Of a stretch of DNA of 64,000 bases, positions 60,493-64,000 are shown piece after piece. This DNA comes from Psammoneis japonica (lineage: Eukaryota), in contig QPGO01000016.1 of the NCBI GenBank assembly GCA_008632985.1, positions 1 to 64,000 on the forward strand. The letters are read 5' to 3'. Made by a program: the position numbers and the translations under genes. Below the pieces are notes generated by a model. That model searched no databases. It worked only from the letters and a program-made list of their open reading frames with translations, and was not told where the DNA came from. Each line of letters begins with the position of its first letter. The first letter of the stretch is position 1.

Positions 60493-63400
60493 CTAAAGAA
60501 CACTCCAGTCCTCCCCCGTGGTAACACTTTCGCCGCCGGTACCTGCTCTGGGTAGTACGTTTATGGTGGTGACAATTTTGGGTATGGAAGAGTCACTCAC
60601 GTCTTCGTCGTCGTCGTCCAGCCAGAGGGCAGAGGAGATCGGTTTGCTGGATTTTATGCCCTCCATACCATCCCAGATCTGTGCTACAATCTTGGAGAGC
60701 TTGGCGCGAGCAAAATCGTCACGATCATCCCATCGTAGACGCAACAGCATCTCCTTCACCGCTTCCTCTCTTGCGTCGGGGCCATGTGTCATCCTTTTCT
60801 TGTTTTTCCACGCGTCGTGTAAATCCCTTGTTCGTCGATGTAGTCCCGGAATGAAGGTATCAAATTCGGAAGGGAATTCAAAGCGCCCGCCTTGTTTGCG
60901 ATATGCTTTATCAGTAAGAGCTTCTTTGATGACAATGGTTGCACCGGGGTATCTCCTGTAAATACTGCGGCGAACTTCGCGATGCAACTGTTCATCGACT
61001 GGCTTTGCCTCAGATCCCCACCATGACTGAATATTCATTTCTGAACAAGGCCGTGTTGTTGGATACGCAGCACCTTGAATTGGATAGTTCCGAGCGTGTG
61101 CGACTCGCTGATTGACAATGGAGGAAATTTGTGACGCCAGTACGAGTCGAGGCTCTTGAAGCATGTTCCTAGTCTCGCTGTCACCGGAATCATTGATGCT
61201 ACCTGACTCAGACAAGCCCCTAATGCAGTGCCGAACCAAACACGACAACACTCTCATGGGATCAGGCAGGACTTCCCTCAAAGTAGTGGCCTGAGGTTCT
61301 GGAACCAGCACCTGCCAGAGACGATGCAGCGTAGCATCATTCGAGGAGCTTTCTTTTGTCATTAAGTCATCGAGCAACATCCAAATTCCTCCAGAGCTTT
61401 GTTCCTGTTCCATTAGAGCACCCCATTTAGACAAAAGAGAACGAAGTGTGCTCCACTCGTAAACAGATGGCGTTCCACATTGTGCAGCTGTTGAGTCAGA
61501 GAGAGCTTGAGACACGAAAGCTGGGTGGCGAGGGGAGTATTTTCCAGGCGACGCGGCCTCCAAAGACCTTAACTCAGCAGGTGCGCTCTGAAATCGAAAA
61601 CTTTCAAACGCAATCTCCTTGCCGCTACGGTTGTCATCGATGGGACTATCAAGCCAATCGTCACCATCGTTGGGCGGGCCTACGAGGGCCCATGCCAACT
61701 TCATACGTTCGGTGTCTGACAACCCTTTCAACTTCCTAGAAAAGGCTCGACGAATCGCTTCATGAATGACGGCTTCTCCCAGATTCACCAAACGCTGGGC
61801 AGGCCAGTCTTGCGCCAGCAATCCTGATGCAATTATTCTATGCAGGTTTTTAGCATTTGGCCGTTTCTCAGGGTGATCGAGGAACGCATTTGCTTCGTCG
61901 AGAACATGGTCTAGAAGCGACTTTCCAGAATGCTCCCCTTTAATCGCGGACGTTGTCGATGCAAGCACGGCGGCCACGCTCCTCGCCCTATGCAAGAGTC
62001 CAATGCTCTTCGTTTTCGCAGGTCTCATTGTCGTAGCTGATTCATCCCTCACAAGCGAAGACACGGATTGACCAAGGAGATCAAGCAACCGAAGCTCTGT
62101 TGCGCCCTTGACGAAAGTGTCTTCTGATGAGGAGAGACGCTCCAAAGCACTTCTCAAAACTAATTTTGCTCGAGAGAAGTGTCCTGGCGATACAAAGAAT
62201 GGCATTCCAACATGAGTGAATCTCTGACGATTGCCATCCATGGTAGAGACTGCTTTCTCTCCATCGTTGGATATAAGCCTAAATACGTCGTACACAATGG
62301 GATTGTCTCCGCAATCATTCGCATATTGAATGCTGCCATCATCATAGAAGGAGACGTCCGACAATCGGAAAAACATTGCCTCTCCCAGATCGGCAGCCTG
62401 CTTTGCATTACGATCGGAAATTTCATCGTACGTACACAACTGACCGTACTTGGACAAGGCTTGAGCCGCCGGAAGGGTCGCAGTCCTTTCTGCGTGACTA
62501 GCATACTCTCTGGCGGAAGCGCTCAGAGGGATGCGTTGGGAGGCATCTCGGAGAACTGCGTCGATTCCCACCGAACCAATGTGGCGGGTGTCGCCGTCTT
62601 TTTCTTCCTCAAAGTGCCCGAGAGCATAGGAAAGACGATTCCTTCTCGTATCCAATTCCTCCAGCCGCTCCAGCAGCAGTGCTCGGCCACGAATGCGAGC
62701 TTTTGGATTGGTAGCCTCGTCCAACACTGGCTGACAAAGCACTTTGACTCCGGCCAAACGCTCGCGAAGCATACAAAGTTCAGTCTTTGTGGGATGTCCG
62801 CCAGAAAGATCTCGAGCGATTTGACGCAACTGCATTTCTCCCCAGTCTAAACGAAAGAGACGGCCCTCGAGTGTGTCTAGATCCACAACGACGGCCTCAG
62901 AAACAGCGACTGAGCCATGAAGAACGGTGCCTGAACCGTCGTCAACCGTGACAACAACCTCGTCTGAGGTCGTCGCAAGAGGGGAAATTCCTAGCTCCTT
63001 CTGAAGCCAAATTTCGTATGTAATGCGTCCCTCTGCTTCTAAAGCTGTACTTCTTGGTATTGGTTCTGCGAGAGACAGGCCTTTCGGTAACGAAGTTACG
63101 CGAATAGAACAAAAGCCAGAGCTTTCCAGTAAATCGACCAGTCCTCCCGAAAGCCATTCGCTCAGTACTTCTTGTCGGTTTATGTAGTAGTACCGATCGC
63201 TGAGATATTGGCACTGCGCCGGATTGTGATGTTCACCAAAGGCAGCAATGCAAGTGTAGTGTGCGCGACAATTCAAGCCAGTCAAAAAGGACTGGAAAGC
63301 ATCACCGGCCGCTCGAGCCTTGTCGGTAGCAGCTTGACTGGTGTACCCCATAGGAGCAGCCGATGTGTCTTGACCATCTGTAAACAATAGCGTCGTCACA

Positions 63401-63792
63401 TCAACGGCACGGACCGCCACTTCCTTATCATAAAGCTTGTCAACCTCACGTTGAATGCATTTCTGGGCAAGTTCAAACGCCTTTTTAAAGTTGGTAAGTC
63501 CGGTTGGAGAAAATTTGGTCCTTAGTAGGTTCGACAAGTCAAGCACAGTTCGAGGTAGCGTCACCTCGGTTGCATCCGTATTGTAGACAATGGCAATCAG
63601 GGAAACGTACGGGTCTCGTAGAGTCTGATCGGTAAACACTCTTGCAAGTGCATCCACAACGAGAGGCCACTGCTCTCTCATGGAGTACGAGTTATCCAAA
63701 ATGGCTGCGAGTATCTTGCGGCGACGACAACCACGTTTAGCACCTCCAACCTCATCATTGGACGGGAATTGCCCACGAACGGCGCAACGCAC
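60493..63792 (-). CDS. Large von Willebrand factor A domain protein; the 5' end may lie further upstream
   Basis: MIDAS ILDNSYSM, TGLTNF and LLFTDGQD; 1099-aa open frame. Confidence 0.85.
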   Translation of the reverse strand: MRCAVRGQFPSNDEVGGAKRGCRRRKILAAILDNSYSMREQWPLVVDALARVFTDQTLRDPYVSLIAIVYNTDATEVTLPRTVLDLSNLLRTKFSPTGLTNFKKAFELAQKCIQREVDKLYDKEVAVRAVDVTTLLFTDGQDTSAAPMGYTSQAATDKARAAGDAFQSFLTGLNCRAHYTCIAAFGEHHNPAQCQYLSDRYYYINRQEVLSEWLSGGLVDLLESSGFCSIRVTSLPKGLSLAEPIPRSTALEAEGRITYEIWLQKELGISPLATTSDEVVVTVDDGSGTVLHGSVAVSEAVVVDLDTLEGRLFRLDWGEMQLRQIARDLSGGHPTKTELCMLRERLAGVKVLCQPVLDEATNPKARIRGRALLLERLEELDTRRNRLSYALGHFEEEKDGDTRHIGSVGIDAVLRDASQRIPLSASAREYASHAERTATLPAAQALSKYGQLCTYDEISDRNAKQAADLGEAMFFRLSDVSFYDDGSIQYANDCGDNPIVYDVFRLISNDGEKAVSTMDGNRQRFTHVGMPFFVSPGHFSRAKLVLRSALERLSSSEDTFVKGATELRLLDLLGQSVSSLVRDESATTMRPAKTKSIGLLHRARSVAAVLASTTSAIKGEHSGKSLLDHVLDEANAFLDHPEKRPNAKNLHRIIASGLLAQDWPAQRLVNLGEAVIHEAIRRAFSRKLKGLSDTERMKLAWALVGPPNDGDDWLDSPIDDNRSGKEIAFESFRFQSAPAELRSLEAASPGKYSPRHPAFVSQALSDSTAAQCGTPSVYEWSTLRSLLSKWGALMEQEQSSGGIWMLLDDLMTKESSSNDATLHRLWQVLVPEPQATTLREVLPDPMRVLSCLVRHCIRGLSESGSINDSGDSETRNMLQEPRLVLASQISSIVNQRVAHARNYPIQGAAYPTTRPCSEMNIQSWWGSEAKPVDEQLHREVRRSIYRRYPGATIVIKEALTDKAYRKQGGRFEFPSEFDTFIPGLHRRTRDLHDAWKNKKRMTHGPDAREEAVKEMLLRLRWDDRDDFARAKLSKIVAQIWDGMEGIKSSKPISSALWLDDDDEDVSDSSIPKIVTTINVLPRAGTGGESVTTGEDWSVL

Positions 63793-64000
63793 AATGGCAC
63801 TGTAGTCTCCACCTCCCTGGCAAAGTGAAACGGTGCAAGGATGTACCTGTTTGTTATCGTTGCTGGAGTTTGCCTTTTGTCCAAACGATGAACGATCCTT
63901 ATCGTCGCGAGTATTATTTCCACCAGAGCTTGTTGTACTTGCGACGGCGGCAGCTCCCGCAGGTGGAGAAGATGTTTGAGAAGAAGCAACAGTAGTAGCT

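Overview
Eukaryotic nuclear DNA, most likely from a diatom. The evidence is short GT-AG introns, signal-peptide+F plastid presequences, RXL-motif secreted proteins and diatom-type glycosyltransferases. Recognisable genes: a YeiH transporter, two paralogous secreted RXL polyproteins, a four-repeat Kv-like channel lacking GYG, an XRN-family exonuclease, three glycosyltransferases, an ENT, a sulfotransferase, a DUF1336/CRAL-TRIO protein, PIMT, mitochondrial aspartate aminotransferase, SKA2-like, NDUFA4-like, an Asp/Glu racemase and a vWA protein. Many genes carry single-base frameshifts in short homopolymers, probably assembly errors. The most striking signal is three sharply bounded islands (about 5.1-7.7 kb, 25.1-26.0 kb and 32.4-37.5 kb) where TpA is almost absent and CpG is strongly reduced, both apparently converted to TpG/CpA. 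A fourth stretch (1-423) lacks TpA but keeps CpG. This suggests a repeat-targeted A:T-to-G:C hypermutation process, the inverse of fungal RIP. All counts are manual, and family calls come from motif recognition rather than database searches.
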